A DNA stretch of 64,000 nt from Rikenella microfusus (GTDB lineage Bacteria > Bacteroidota > Bacteroidia > Bacteroidales > Tenuifilaceae), in assembly GCA_020722565.1 (NCBI GenBank), contig DYKO01000010.1:42673-106672 (forward strand), in the 5' to 3' direction. Below, in pieces: positions 50,069-60,699 of this stretch (its first letter is position 1; each line of letters opens with the position of its first letter). The notes under the pieces were generated by a model. That model worked only from the letters and a program-made list of their open reading frames with translations, was not told the DNA's origin and ran no database searches. A program made the translations under genes and the position numbers.

Positions 50069-51994
50069 TTACCTGTTCCAGCCCACCTCTTGCTCGGTTA
50101 ACTTACCTTGAGCAACCATCTCATCCTCAATGTTGGTCATACGCTCAAAGTATGGATGGGTATCTTTAGTTTTCTGAAAGATTCCTACATAATTGTAATT
50201 ATTTGAATCATTTTCATAAGTTTTGAAGTAAACCCAGTAGTAAATTGGGAATCCGGAAACCTCAGATACTGCATCAGGGTACTTCTCTGAGAGTAGAATG
50301 GAAAGCCCCTCTTCAACACGCTGCCAAGTAAGTGCAATTTGAGCCTCCTCAGAGAGCCCATCAAACCCGGGAATGCTGTACTGCGTGCGTTTAAATAAAC
50401 GGAGATCGAAGTTGCTAAAGAAAGCACTTGCACCATAGTAGAACTCATCGTTGCTATGCTCGCTCCCATAGCTGCGACTTAAATTGGTGTAAACCCAATT
50501 AACCAGTAGCTGGTAGTCGGAAGATGCAAGTGTTAAATTAACTGTAGGGTCAAAAAACCATTTTGTGCCATCGTTGAAGAACTGCTCGGTTTTGGTGTCT
50601 ATGAAATCATTAACGGACCACTCCCCGCTGGCCTTTTTGAATTGAAGAACAGTTGCCGACGATGCATCATTTTCACTATTCCTAAAAGCAATGCTTTTAA
50701 CTGCACCATCAAATTCGTAGGGGAAATGCACCTTGAGGTAGATGGGCAGGTAGAGCTTGGCATCATCAGTGGAGATGTAGCTGCCCTCCAAACCCATTTC
50801 CTGATAGTCTGCATTATTCAGCACAACGATATCAGAGGCAGGCTTCCAGCCGTTACTTTTTTTGGTATAGGCAGTATACACTGTTTCTGTGTTACTAACT
50901 TCTAAAACAGTTGCATCATTTGTAATAGCTACATCATCAATCTGATAGGTGGTTGTTGCAGAGTTATCGATGCCATTGCCTATATAGCGGAAGGCAATAT
51001 AAATGGTTTTACCTTTATAGTCAGACAGATCATAAGCTCCAGCATCAACAAATGATCCGTAACCACTTGCTGGCCCTTGGGGTATGGTAAAGTTCGAGGT
51101 AATATCGGTCCAGGTTGCAGTTCCAATATTAGCTTCGTTCCCATCAAAGTTTTCAGAAATCAGTATATCCAAGCAATCCGCATTATAATACGCAACTTTA
51201 ACCTTAAATATAAGTTTGGGATTATCAATGGTATCGAGATGATCAAATGCATGAATTAACCATGAATCATTTTGTTCCCCTGAGTTATAAGAGGACATTT
51301 GGGCATAAATTCCACCATATGATTTGTAAAGCCATTGCTTTGTACCTGTTAGATCTTTATTTATCCAACCATTAGCAACGGGTTGGTCTACAACGCCCTC
51401 ATTAAAATCGAAATTCACTAATCTAACTAAACCACCAGTTGTGTCTGCATCTACGGAGGAGTAGTTATAAGCAATAAGCCTATATTTTTCAATAGGGTCA
51501 TTGGAAAAATTTTCTCCCAGTAGGAGAGGTATTTTGGCCGCTGGGTTAACAGTAGGGGTTAATGCCTCAACAAATAGGGTATTGCTGCCCCAAAGCATCT
51601 TGTAATCGTCGGTGGTAAGAGTATATATCGATGTTAGATCGGCAAAGAAAGATGGAAGATCGGTGAATTCATTATAGGTTATATTTCCAGAAGAGCCCTT
51701 GCTCAACGCAGGGAAGTTTGTTGAAAGAATTACAGGTATGTAATCCTTTCCGTTGAAGCGGCTGTTAAAAGCCAGGTTTGATTTGATTGATTTAGCCAAA
51801 GAGCTATCTTCATAGTTTTGAGCATCTGCAAGAGCAGCATTACCAGCCGTAACATAATCGGCTTCTACTAGTGTGTATTTAATTGATTCCTTGTAGGGTT
51901 CTTGTGAATCATCGAGCTGCTTATAGGTATCCTCAAGAGGGTTGCACGACCAAAGCAGTGTTGCTCCGAATAGTATTACTAGTATCTTTTTCAT
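50069..51994 (-). CDS. Surface lipoprotein, DUF5017/choice-of-anchor-J-like, TBDR partner
   Basis: Lipobox LWSC. Central beta-sandwich 'YAQMSSY...DSWLI...IYIAFRYIG...TYQIDDVAI' flanked by repeated TL-x3-DY modules. Confidence 0.65.
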   Translation of the reverse strand: MKKILVILFGATLLWSCNPLEDTYKQLDDSQEPYKESIKYTLVEADYVTAGNAALADAQNYEDSSLAKSIKSNLAFNSRFNGKDYIPVILSTNFPALSKGSSGNITYNEFTDLPSFFADLTSIYTLTTDDYKMLWGSNTLFVEALTPTVNPAAKIPLLLGENFSNDPIEKYRLIAYNYSSVDADTTGGLVRLVNFDFNEGVVDQPVANGWINKDLTGTKQWLYKSYGGIYAQMSSYNSGEQNDSWLIHAFDHLDTIDNPKLIFKVKVAYYNADCLDILISENFDGNEANIGTATWTDITSNFTIPQGPASGYGSFVDAGAYDLSDYKGKTIYIAFRYIGNGIDNSATTTYQIDDVAITNDATVLEVSNTETVYTAYTKKSNGWKPASDIVVLNNADYQEMGLEGSYISTDDAKLYLPIYLKVHFPYEFDGAVKSIAFRNSENDASSATVLQFKKASGEWSVNDFIDTKTEQFFNDGTKWFFDPTVNLTLASSDYQLLVNWVYTNLSRSYGSEHSNDEFYYGASAFFSNFDLRLFKRTQYSIPGFDGLSEEAQIALTWQRVEEGLSILLSEKYPDAVSEVSGFPIYYWVYFKTYENDSNNYNYVGIFQKTKDTHPYFERMTNIEDEMVAQGKLTEQEVGWNR

Positions 51995-52013
51995 AATCGT
52001 ATCTCCTTAATGA

Positions 52014-54560
52014 TTAAAAGTTAATTCTTAAACCGGTTGACCATGTTCTACCAAAACCGAAGAATACATAAGATGTATAAGAGTCATGAAGGGTACCATC
52101 GGTAGCATCGGCAATGTATTCTGTGTTCAAGAGGTTGTTAACATTAGCGTAAAGAGTAGAGTTCAAATTTCCAATCTTAAATTTGTAGTTGGCATCCAAA
52201 TCAATAATGTAGTAGTTAGGCATGCGCCATGAGTCCACCTTGCTGTCGGGCGATGTGCGCCTTGTTGGATCAAAATCGGCATAGTTTTTAGCATACCAGT
52301 TTACATCGGCGCCAATTTTAAGTTTTGGTAGCACCTCGTAGTTTAATGATAGGGCAGCTGTAACCTGTGCAGAATTACCCACATGAACATTCTTAATGTA
52401 TGCGTTATACGTGCCAATTGGCTGCTGATTTTGGTCAAATAATGTGAAGTTAACATCATCGGACCAGATATAATCGCCCCAAGAGAACATGGCCCTGATG
52501 TCGAGTTTCGAAATTGGCTTAACCACCCCCTCAACTTCAACACCCTGGTGCAATGCATTAATACCAGTAATGTTTGCAGTTTGTCCGGAAAGGCTTTTTA
52601 CTAAACCCCTATCGTTCCACTGGGTTCTGAAGAGGTTAACCTTTACATTGAATATTTTTGCGGTGTAGTTGTATCCCAACTCGGTGGTGATTATACTTTC
52701 ATATTTTACATCGCTATTAAAATCGTTAGTATAGTTAGGGAATGCATTGTTGAAGGTAGGAGCACGTTTAATATAACCACCGTTTATAAACACACTATGC
52801 TTTCCATAAACCTTGTAGTTGAATCCGGCCTTAACATTCCAGGGGAGGAAATCATACCATGGAGTGGTTCTGTTTCCGGGTTCGTACTGGAAGTAATCCA
52901 CCCGTCGGAACATGTTATCGGCAATTGCCATTGACAGGAAGCCCGAGTACTGATCGGTAACATATTCGCCTTGAGCAAACAGGCCCAACCACAGAACTTG
53001 TCCCAAATTATGATAGTTAATATAATCGCCTTTGTGAAGGGGTTGGTTAGCAGGACGATTAATGTCTTTTGCATCCAAAAAATATTTTCCACCAAGCAGG
53101 TCATCAATCTTAAAGGCATGAACACCATTGTAGAATCGGCCGTCGAAACCTGCAGTTATTTTAAGATCATCGATATTCTTTGTGTAGGTTGATAGGGCAC
53201 CATACCACTGATGGTCGTTAATTGCATTGGCAATGATGGCTGTTGAACCATTTAACGATGAATCATTCTGCTGCATTACCCAATCGTAATCGTAGTATCC
53301 TTCAAGGGTTAAAGAAGTATTGTCATAGGGTGCTCCTGATGGGAATTGTCTGGTGAGCCATTTTGAGTCTGCTCCATAAACCCTGCGTCCGCCTCCAGAA
53401 GCTATTGAAGCATAGAGATTGGTAACCAGCATTGAGGTCTCGTCTATTTTCCAGTAATGGTTGAGCGACATTTGAGGCTTGTGATAAAAGTTGTAGGCAT
53501 AGGCCGATGTATAGATTTCACCATTCCTATAGCCAAAGTCGGAGTTCCACCTAATACCATTTGGATTATCCCTATACTCTTGAATTAGGTGTTTGTTAGT
53601 ACGTTGGTTATGCCATTGAGGTGCACCAAAAGCATTAAATGTAAGGGTATGTTTCTTGTTAATCTTTTTTGAAACATTAACAAAGTATGAATAACCCTCA
53701 AAGTTAGTGGCTTGAACATATCCATCACCTTTGGTGTACCCACCCGATACGGTTACCGCCCAACCATTATCGAGCAAACCTGTTGAAACGGTAAAGTTTT
53801 GTTTGATATACCCATCGTTACCCATGCCGTAGTAAACCGAGCCGCCCATTTTAGCATCGGTTGATCGTGTAATAATATTAATAGTACCACCAACCGAGGA
53901 GAGGGCGAGTTTGGAAGCACCTAGACCTCGCTGTACCTGTTGATTAGAGGTTACATCAGAAAGTCCAGCCCAATTACTCCAGTAAACCTTACCGCTTTCC
54001 ATATCGTTAACAGGAATACCATTTATGAGAACCCCAATGTTGTTGGAGTCAAATCCGCGAAGGTAAATTCGTGAGTCGCCGAACCCCCCACCCTGTCGAG
54101 TTGCATAAACCGAAGGGGTAATTCTTAAAATTTCGGGGAATTCCTTGTTGCTGAGCTTCTCGACAATTATTTTAGGTTCGACGGTCGATACTGCAACAGG
54201 GGTTGTACGGTCACGTACAAATGATGCAGTAACAAGAACTTCATCGATATCTATAGAACTCGGTGCTAATTTAATTGTACCTAAATCTACTTCGCCTGTC
54301 CCTTCAATTGGCATTTCTTGGTCTATATAACCTACATAGGTGATTTTCAGGGTATGTTTGCCCGATGATACCTTTAGCATAAACGAGCCATCAACACTGG
54401 TTGATGTGCCTAATGTTGTGCCTTCAATCACAACCGTTGCTCCTATTAAGGGTGTACCGCTGTTTGAGTCAACAACTACTCCCTTTAGTACACCTTGTCC
54501 TATCGCCCAAAAAGGTGCAAAGAAAAGGATTAATGATAAAACCCAACTTTGTTTTCTCAT
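52014..54560 (-). CDS. TonB-dependent receptor
   Basis: Signal peptide, carboxypeptidase-regulatory-like domain 'PLIGATVVIEGT', plug 'IYLRGFDSNNIGVLINGIPVND' and C-terminal 'GRTWSTGLRINF'. Confidence 0.92.
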   Translation of the reverse strand: MRKQSWVLSLILFFAPFWAIGQGVLKGVVVDSNSGTPLIGATVVIEGTTLGTSTSVDGSFMLKVSSGKHTLKITYVGYIDQEMPIEGTGEVDLGTIKLAPSSIDIDEVLVTASFVRDRTTPVAVSTVEPKIIVEKLSNKEFPEILRITPSVYATRQGGGFGDSRIYLRGFDSNNIGVLINGIPVNDMESGKVYWSNWAGLSDVTSNQQVQRGLGASKLALSSVGGTINIITRSTDAKMGGSVYYGMGNDGYIKQNFTVSTGLLDNGWAVTVSGGYTKGDGYVQATNFEGYSYFVNVSKKINKKHTLTFNAFGAPQWHNQRTNKHLIQEYRDNPNGIRWNSDFGYRNGEIYTSAYAYNFYHKPQMSLNHYWKIDETSMLVTNLYASIASGGGRRVYGADSKWLTRQFPSGAPYDNTSLTLEGYYDYDWVMQQNDSSLNGSTAIIANAINDHQWYGALSTYTKNIDDLKITAGFDGRFYNGVHAFKIDDLLGGKYFLDAKDINRPANQPLHKGDYINYHNLGQVLWLGLFAQGEYVTDQYSGFLSMAIADNMFRRVDYFQYEPGNRTTPWYDFLPWNVKAGFNYKVYGKHSVFINGGYIKRAPTFNNAFPNYTNDFNSDVKYESIITTELGYNYTAKIFNVKVNLFRTQWNDRGLVKSLSGQTANITGINALHQGVEVEGVVKPISKLDIRAMFSWGDYIWSDDVNFTLFDQNQQPIGTYNAYIKNVHVGNSAQVTAALSLNYEVLPKLKIGADVNWYAKNYADFDPTRRTSPDSKVDSWRMPNYYIIDLDANYKFKIGNLNSTLYANVNNLLNTEYIADATDGTLHDSYTSYVFFGFGRTWSTGLRINF

Positions 54561-54670
54561 AAAACTTTATTTTTTTAGGTTAGTATATATTTAAAATTAG
54601 CATAACTTCAAATCCTTTCAAAAGTAGAATTGAAAAATATAAATATGTGAAAGAATCTGTTAATAAAAAG

Positions 54671-55951
54671 CTAAACTTCCGAAAACATTTTTGGGAAACG
54701 TTCTCTTGCCTTTTTTAATATTATGGCTACAACTTTTTGGGTTGCGCCAATTCCCAAATTTACTAATTCTTCTGCATGTTTTGCAATAAGTTGGTAGGAA
54801 TTTTTATCGGTTAGAAGTAAATTTAGTAAATTTTTGGTCTCATCATAGGAACTAATAGAAAATCCTCCTTTATTTGCTATTAAATCATTGGCCTCCTGGA
54901 ATTTGTGATAATTAGGCCCAAATATTACAGGGATACCGTATGCGGCGGCTTCCAGGGTATTGTGTATTCCGGTGCCAAATCCTCCGCCAATATAGGCAAC
55001 TGTTGCATATTGGTATATAGATGAAAGTAGGCCGATGGTATCTACTATTAGAATTTTAGCTTCGGTAGTTTTTGAAAAATCGGGTTTACTGAAACGAATG
55101 GGAGGAATTGGGGATTTACGAATTATCTCTTGAATGTGCAATTCATCAATTTCGTGTGGAACGATTATAATTTTAAGTTCAGGAAACTCATTGGCAAGTG
55201 GTAAGATAATGTCCTCATCTTTAGGCCATGTACTACCTGCAACAAGCACCTGATGGTTGGCTACAAAATCCCTTACCAACGGTATTTCTTTTGCTTCCGA
55301 TGCAATTTTTGCAACCCTATCGAAGCGGGTATCTCCAGTAACTATAACATTGCTATAACCAATGCTTTGGAGTAGATTTTTTGAGTCGTTATTTTGAACA
55401 AAAAAGGTTGTAAACGCATTTAGAAACTTCCTATACCAGCCTCCATAGGGTTTAAAGAAAATCTGGTTTGCTCTAAAAACGCCTGATACCAGGTATGTGG
55501 GAATGTTTCTATTTTTAAGTTCATTAAGGTAGTGGTACCAAAATTCATACTTAACAAATATGGCCATTTGAGGGTTGATCAGACGAATAAACCGTTTTGC
55601 ATTCCTTTTAGTGTCAAGGGGAAGGTAAAAAATATAATCGGCTAAAGGGTAGTTTTTCCGAATTTCATAACCCGAAGGAGAAAAGAAGGTAAGAAAAATC
55701 CTTAAGTTGGGGTCGTGTTGCTTAATTGCTTCAATAACCGGGCGGCCTTGTTCAAATTCGCCCAGCGATGAGCAGTGCACCCAGATAGTTTGGCATGAGG
55801 GGTCAACCTGTTTGGCCATTCGCTCCCAAATTCCTTTCCGACCTTCAATGAAGAACTTTGCCTTAGCGTTAAAATGTGAAGCAATAAAGACAATTAGCAG
55901 ATAGAGCTTTATTGACAGGTTGTATAGAAACACCATTGTTAACCTCAGCAA
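54671..55951 (-). CDS. waaA: 3-deoxy-D-manno-octulosonic acid transferase
   Basis: 'WVHCSSLGE', 'GDTRFD', 'AGSTW', 'IVPHE' and 'GGGFGTGIHNTLEAA'. Confidence 0.94.
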   Translation of the reverse strand: MLRLTMVFLYNLSIKLYLLIVFIASHFNAKAKFFIEGRKGIWERMAKQVDPSCQTIWVHCSSLGEFEQGRPVIEAIKQHDPNLRIFLTFFSPSGYEIRKNYPLADYIFYLPLDTKRNAKRFIRLINPQMAIFVKYEFWYHYLNELKNRNIPTYLVSGVFRANQIFFKPYGGWYRKFLNAFTTFFVQNNDSKNLLQSIGYSNVIVTGDTRFDRVAKIASEAKEIPLVRDFVANHQVLVAGSTWPKDEDIILPLANEFPELKIIIVPHEIDELHIQEIIRKSPIPPIRFSKPDFSKTTEAKILIVDTIGLLSSIYQYATVAYIGGGFGTGIHNTLEAAAYGIPVIFGPNYHKFQEANDLIANKGGFSISSYDETKNLLNLLLTDKNSYQLIAKHAEELVNLGIGATQKVVAIILKKARERFPKMFSEV

Positions 55952-55993
55952 TGTTTATTATTTTTCAAATATACAAAACGATTTAATCGATAC

Positions 55994-56016
55994 AAAAAAA
56001 GCCGGCATAAGCCGGC
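55994..56016 (-). terminator. Intrinsic terminator after lpxA
   Basis: Minus strand GCCGGC-TTAT-GCCGGC-TTTTTTT. Confidence 0.65.
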
Positions 56017-56026
56017 ATAAAAAAAT

Positions 56027-56836
56027 TTATAATTCAACCCCCTCATCAGGGTCAGAACCTGTGTATTCGCGAACTATACCGCGCTTGGAGCTCTTAATAA
56101 AACCAAGAACCAGTTCTCTTTCGGCAGAAACCTCCATGTTTTCCTCAATAAAGGCTATAGCCTGGCTAACATTCATACCTTTATTATAAAGGTTTCGATA
56201 AATCTCCTGAATGGTACCAATCTGCTGGGGTGTAAATCCGCGACGGCGCAACCCAACCAGATTAATACCTGCAAAAGTTAGGGGTTCACGGGCCGCAATA
56301 ATAAATGGAGGAATATCCTTATTAACCTTAGAACCACCCTGTACCATTACGTGTGCACCAATCTTTTCAAATTGATGAACTAACACATGGGCGCTAAGAA
56401 TTGCATGATCGTCAATTTCCACCTCGCCTGCAATTTGGGTCCCATTACCAATGATGATGTTGTTTTTAAGAATACAGTCATGGGCAATATGTGAGTAGGC
56501 CATAAGGAGGCAGTTGTTTCCCACAACAGTTTTGCCCCGCGAAGCGGTTCCACGGTTTACGGTAGCACATTCCCTAATGGTTGTATTGTCGCCAATTTCA
56601 GCAGCGGTCTCTTCGCCTTTAAACTTTAGATCCTGAGGAATAGCTGAAATGACAGCACCGGGGAAAATTCGGCAATTCTTGCCGATTCGTGCACCATCCA
56701 TAATGGTAACATTAGGGCCAATCCAGGTACCATCGCCAATTACCACATTACCCGCAATATAGCTAAATGGTCCAATGGTTACATCCCTGCCAATTTGGGC
56801 ATCGGGATGAATGAATGCATTAGTATGCTGGGTCAT
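56027..56836 (-). CDS. lpxA: UDP-N-acetylglucosamine acyltransferase
   Basis: Hexapeptide repeats; 'PQDLKFKGE', 'TVNRGT' and 'HIAHDC'. Confidence 0.96.
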   Translation of the reverse strand: MTQHTNAFIHPDAQIGRDVTIGPFSYIAGNVVIGDGTWIGPNVTIMDGARIGKNCRIFPGAVISAIPQDLKFKGEETAAEIGDNTTIRECATVNRGTASRGKTVVGNNCLLMAYSHIAHDCILKNNIIIGNGTQIAGEVEIDDHAILSAHVLVHQFEKIGAHVMVQGGSKVNKDIPPFIIAAREPLTFAGINLVGLRRRGFTPQQIGTIQEIYRNLYNKGMNVSQAIAFIEENMEVSAERELVLGFIKSSKRGIVREYTGSDPDEGVEL

Positions 56837-58233
56837 TACTCTTTTACTTTAGTTATCTGTGCCATTAAAATTCCTTCCATAACTAGTTGATCGCCAACGA
56901 ATGCCTGTCCGGTCATGTTTGCAATTCCCCTGCGAATAGGCTCGTTAAGAAAACATTTGAAAATAATCGTATCGCCGGGAACCACTTTTCGCTTAAAGCG
57001 AACCTGATCGATTTTTAAGAAATAGGTGAGGTAGTTTTCGGGGTCGGGAACCGTGTTTAGCACTAGGATACCACCGGTTTGAGCCATGGCTTCAACCTGA
57101 AGAACACCGGGCATTACGGGTTCACCAGGAAAATGCCCAACAAAAAAGGCCTCATTCATGGTTACATTTTTCATACCTACTACTGTGGTTCCATCGAGAT
57201 AAATGATTTTATCGATTAGAAGGAAAGGTGGACGATGCGGTAAAATGTTCATTATTTGGTTGACGTCCATCAAAGGCGGTTTATTGGGGTTGTATTCGGG
57301 GGCGGCAGGTTTTAAGCGTTCCTGTTTGTAGTGCTTACGAAGAATTTTAGCGAATTCAGTGTTAGCTTTGTGGCCCGGGCGCATGGCCATTACTTTTCCC
57401 TTTATCCTAACCCCAACCAATGAGAAGTCGCCAATAATATCGAGAAGTTTATGACGAGCAGGCTCATTGTCAAAATTCAAATCAATGTTGTTTAGTATGC
57501 CCTCGGGTTTAACCCTAATATGAGGCTTATTGAAAAGATCGGCTATACGATCGAGCTCCTCCTGAGGTGCCTCATGCTCCATTATAACAATGGCATTCTC
57601 CAAATCGCCGCCCTTTATAAGGTTGTGCTTCAGAAGTGCTTCGAGCTCATGAAAGAAGACAAAGGTACGGCAGGGCGCTATTTGCTCGGGGAACTCTTCT
57701 ATCGAATTCATCTTAGCATACTGATGGCCAAGCACTTTTGAGTTGTAATCGACCATTACATCTATACTGAACTTTTCGTCGGGGTAAACTACCAGTTCAA
57801 TGTTATTCTTCTCATCGGTGTAAACCATCTTTTCCTTAATGATCAGGTAGTTCCGTTGTGCGCCCTGTTCAATAGTTCCCACTTTGGCTATGGCCTCAAC
57901 AAAGTAGCGTGAGCTGCCATCCATGATGGGCATTTCGGGACCATCAACTTGAACTAATGCGTTATCGATTCCCATACCCATAAGGGCAGCCATCATGTGC
58001 TCTATAGTACTAACCTTTACGTTTTTCAGAGCAATAGTAGTTCCGCGAGAAGTATCAACAACGTTATCAGCAATGGCCTCAATCTTGGGTTGTCCTTCCA
58101 TATCGGTGCGTTGAAAAACAATGCCCGTATTAACATCAGCCGGACAAATAGAAACCTCTACATCGGCCCCAGTGTGAAGCCCCTTGCCCCTGAGGGAAAC
58201 CGTTTGACTAATTGTGCGCTGTTTATCTACCAT
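56836..58233 (-). CDS. lpxC: Bifunctional LpxC / FabZ
   Basis: LpxC 'TIEHMMAA', 'HKLLDIIGD'; FabZ 'LPHRPPFLLID', 'HFPGEPVMPGVLQVEAMAQ'. Likely start 58233. Confidence 0.95.
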   Translation of the reverse strand: MVDKQRTISQTVSLRGKGLHTGADVEVSICPADVNTGIVFQRTDMEGQPKIEAIADNVVDTSRGTTIALKNVKVSTIEHMMAALMGMGIDNALVQVDGPEMPIMDGSSRYFVEAIAKVGTIEQGAQRNYLIIKEKMVYTDEKNNIELVVYPDEKFSIDVMVDYNSKVLGHQYAKMNSIEEFPEQIAPCRTFVFFHELEALLKHNLIKGGDLENAIVIMEHEAPQEELDRIADLFNKPHIRVKPEGILNNIDLNFDNEPARHKLLDIIGDFSLVGVRIKGKVMAMRPGHKANTEFAKILRKHYKQERLKPAAPEYNPNKPPLMDVNQIMNILPHRPPFLLIDKIIYLDGTTVVGMKNVTMNEAFFVGHFPGEPVMPGVLQVEAMAQTGGILVLNTVPDPENYLTYFLKIDQVRFKRKVVPGDTIIFKCFLNEPIRRGIANMTGQAFVGDQLVMEGILMAQITKVKE

Positions 58234-58290
58234 AATTCTTTGTATTTTACGAACAAAAGGCGCAAAATAAAGCGCCTTTTGCAAAATATA

Positions 58291-59337
58291 TTATTCCTTA
58301 ATTTTTGACCACAATTCTTCTAATTCCTTTTCGAGTTCGTTTACCTTATTCATCAATTCTGGTAAGTTCTTATAAACAGCCATGGAACGCCGCTGCTTCC
58401 CGATTTCGTTAGCTGGGCTTCCAAGTACTATTACTCCAGGCTTTCGAATATCGCCTGATATTCCAGCTTGTGCACCGGCCTTAACACCATCGGCAATTTT
58501 CACATGGGGACTAACCCCAACCTGACCGCCAAACATGCAGTTCTTGCCAATTTTGGTAGAGCCAGCTATCCCGCACTGAGCTGCCATTACAGTATTTTCA
58601 CCAACCTCAACGTTATGGGCAATATGAACATGATCATCAATTTTTACACCTTTTTTCAAAATTGTTGAGCCCATGGTTGCCCTGTCAACGGTAGCATTGG
58701 CGCCAATCTCAACATAATCATCCAGAATAACATTGCCTATCTGTGGTATTTTTTTGTAATTGGTATCCTCGCCCGAGGCAAATCCAAAACCATCGGCTCC
58801 AATAATAGTTCCACTGTGAATTATACAATTAGCTCCAATTACACACTCCTCGTATATAACTACACCTGGATAAATAACAGTATTATCGCCAATCGTGACC
58901 TTTGTGCCTATGTAAACCTGTGGGTAAATCTTTACATTATTGCCAATAGTAACATCTTCTGCAATATAGGAAAATGCTCCAATGTAGGGATCCTTTCCAA
59001 TTTGTGCAGAGGAATGAATAAAACAGGGTTGCTCTATCCCAATTTTTTGTTTTTTCGATTGCGCATAAAGGTTGAGCAACGAAGCAAAAGCTTCGTATGA
59101 GTTCTTCACCCTGATTAGTGTAGCCTCAACCGGCTGATCGGGAATAAAATCCTCGTTTATCAAAACAATTGAAGCTTTAGTAGTATAAATGTATGGAATG
59201 TATTTAGGATTAGCCAAAAAGGCCAATGAACCAGGAAAACCTTCTTCGATTTTGGAAACGGTGTGAACCTTTACATTGGGATCACCCTCAACTTTCCCGC
59301 CTAAGTATTCTGCAATAATTTGTGCTGTGAACTCCAT
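58291..59337 (-). CDS. lpxD: UDP-3-O-acylglucosamine N-acyltransferase
   Basis: 'LAFLANPKY', 'IGADGFG', 'PQIGNV', 'VDRATMG' and 'IAHNV'. Likely start 59337. Confidence 0.96.
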   Translation of the reverse strand: MEFTAQIIAEYLGGKVEGDPNVKVHTVSKIEEGFPGSLAFLANPKYIPYIYTTKASIVLINEDFIPDQPVEATLIRVKNSYEAFASLLNLYAQSKKQKIGIEQPCFIHSSAQIGKDPYIGAFSYIAEDVTIGNNVKIYPQVYIGTKVTIGDNTVIYPGVVIYEECVIGANCIIHSGTIIGADGFGFASGEDTNYKKIPQIGNVILDDYVEIGANATVDRATMGSTILKKGVKIDDHVHIAHNVEVGENTVMAAQCGIAGSTKIGKNCMFGGQVGVSPHVKIADGVKAGAQAGISGDIRKPGVIVLGSPANEIGKQRRSMAVYKNLPELMNKVNELEKELEELWSKIKE

Positions 59338-59378
59338 ATTAAGTTGTTGTAAACAAATTGCAAAACTAAACAATTAAT

Positions 59379-60635
59379 CTAAAAACCCCTTAGCTCTTTG
59401 GGGTAACAAAGGAAAAATTTTTTAGTTTCGTTCGATAATGCTCTTGCATTAAGCATATCTGATGCTTCGGCTATATCGGTAAGAATGTTGGAATGGGAAA
59501 CAATTTTAATTGATTCATTACCTGGCTGATAAGCATTAATGCTTACCGCATCGGTAAAAACAAAGTACTCGGAGTAGCCAGCAAGTTCAATAAATTTCTT
59601 TTTAAATTCAACGGTAAGCCTATTTAAAACATCATCGTCAAAAGGTAGGCTTCTGAGTTCAATTGCGGGTAAATTCCGTTGGACAACCATTTTTGATAAA
59701 TTAGATAAAACGGGATCGGAATGGGTCATCCACTGCTTGGCTGCCACCATAATATCAGAGTCATCCAGTAAAGCGAAATGGGTGAGCGCCAATGGAATAC
59801 TGTTACCACCCTGTGGGTTTAAATCATTGGGGCTTAGATTGTTAGATAAAAGGAAGTGTAGTGACTCACCACAGGGGATGTTGCTTCCATTTAAGGCCAA
59901 CAGTCGGGCACGTTCCAATAGTTTTATCAGAACCTGCTCGGCTGCAACAACGGTTTTATGCAGATAAACCTGCCAGTACATCAACCTACGGGCGATCAGG
60001 AATTTTTCAATTGAGTAGATGCCCTTTGACTCCACCACCAGATTATCGTTCACCACGTCGAGCATCTTAATTATGCGCTCGGTTCCTATGATTCCCTCAA
60101 TAACCCCGGTAAAAAAACTGTCGCGCTTAAGGTAATCCATACGATCCATGTCGAGTTGCCCCGAAATAAGTTGATGCAAAAAATGGCGGGGATATCGATC
60201 TTCAAAAATCTCAATTGCCCATAATAGCTTTCCGTTGAACTCTGTATTAAGTTGTTCCATAAAGCATCGGCTGAGGAACTCATGGCTTATACCATTGGCA
60301 ATAATATGTTCCAGCGCATGGGAGAATGGTCCATGACCAATATCGTGCAAAAGAATGGCAACTGTGGCAGCTTCTGCTTCCTTTTCGGTAATGATATGCC
60401 CCTTGCTCCTAAGTGTTTCGATTGCCAATTCGAGTAGGTGCATGGCTCCGATTGCATGCTGAAAACGAGAGTGTGTAGCCCCCGGGTAAACCAGATAGCT
60501 GAGCCCCAGTTGCTTGATATTGCGAAGCCTCTGAAAATAAGGATGTTCAATTAAATCGAATATAAGAGGATGGCTAATGCTGATAAAGCCATGAACCGGA
60601 TCGTTAACTATTTTCTTCTTATTTGTCCCACTCAT
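59379..60635 (-). CDS. HD-domain phosphohydrolase (dNTP triphosphohydrolase-like)
   Basis: 'RLRNIKQLG', 'HSRFQHAIG', 'LLHDIGHGPFSH' and 'DMDRMDYL'. Confidence 0.88.
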   Translation of the reverse strand: MSGTNKKKIVNDPVHGFISISHPLIFDLIEHPYFQRLRNIKQLGLSYLVYPGATHSRFQHAIGAMHLLELAIETLRSKGHIITEKEAEAATVAILLHDIGHGPFSHALEHIIANGISHEFLSRCFMEQLNTEFNGKLLWAIEIFEDRYPRHFLHQLISGQLDMDRMDYLKRDSFFTGVIEGIIGTERIIKMLDVVNDNLVVESKGIYSIEKFLIARRLMYWQVYLHKTVVAAEQVLIKLLERARLLALNGSNIPCGESLHFLLSNNLSPNDLNPQGGNSIPLALTHFALLDDSDIMVAAKQWMTHSDPVLSNLSKMVVQRNLPAIELRSLPFDDDVLNRLTVEFKKKFIELAGYSEYFVFTDAVSINAYQPGNESIKIVSHSNILTDIAEASDMLNARALSNETKKFFLCYPKELRGF

Positions 60636-60667
60636 AAAAAACCGTCACCCCCATTAAAAAGGGTGAC
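60636..60667 (-). terminator. Terminator-like hairpin abutting the HD gene start codon
   Basis: Minus strand GTCACCC-TTTTTAATGG-GGGTGAC-GG-TTTTTT-ATG. Confidence 0.6.
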
Positions 60668-60699
60668 TGCCATGCAATTTAGTTTTAGGGTTGCAAAAT

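Noticed and set aside
56001-56020. Perfect 10-bp tandem repeat gccggcataa x2
   Set aside because: Explained by the self-complementary GCCGGC stem of the lpxA terminator.
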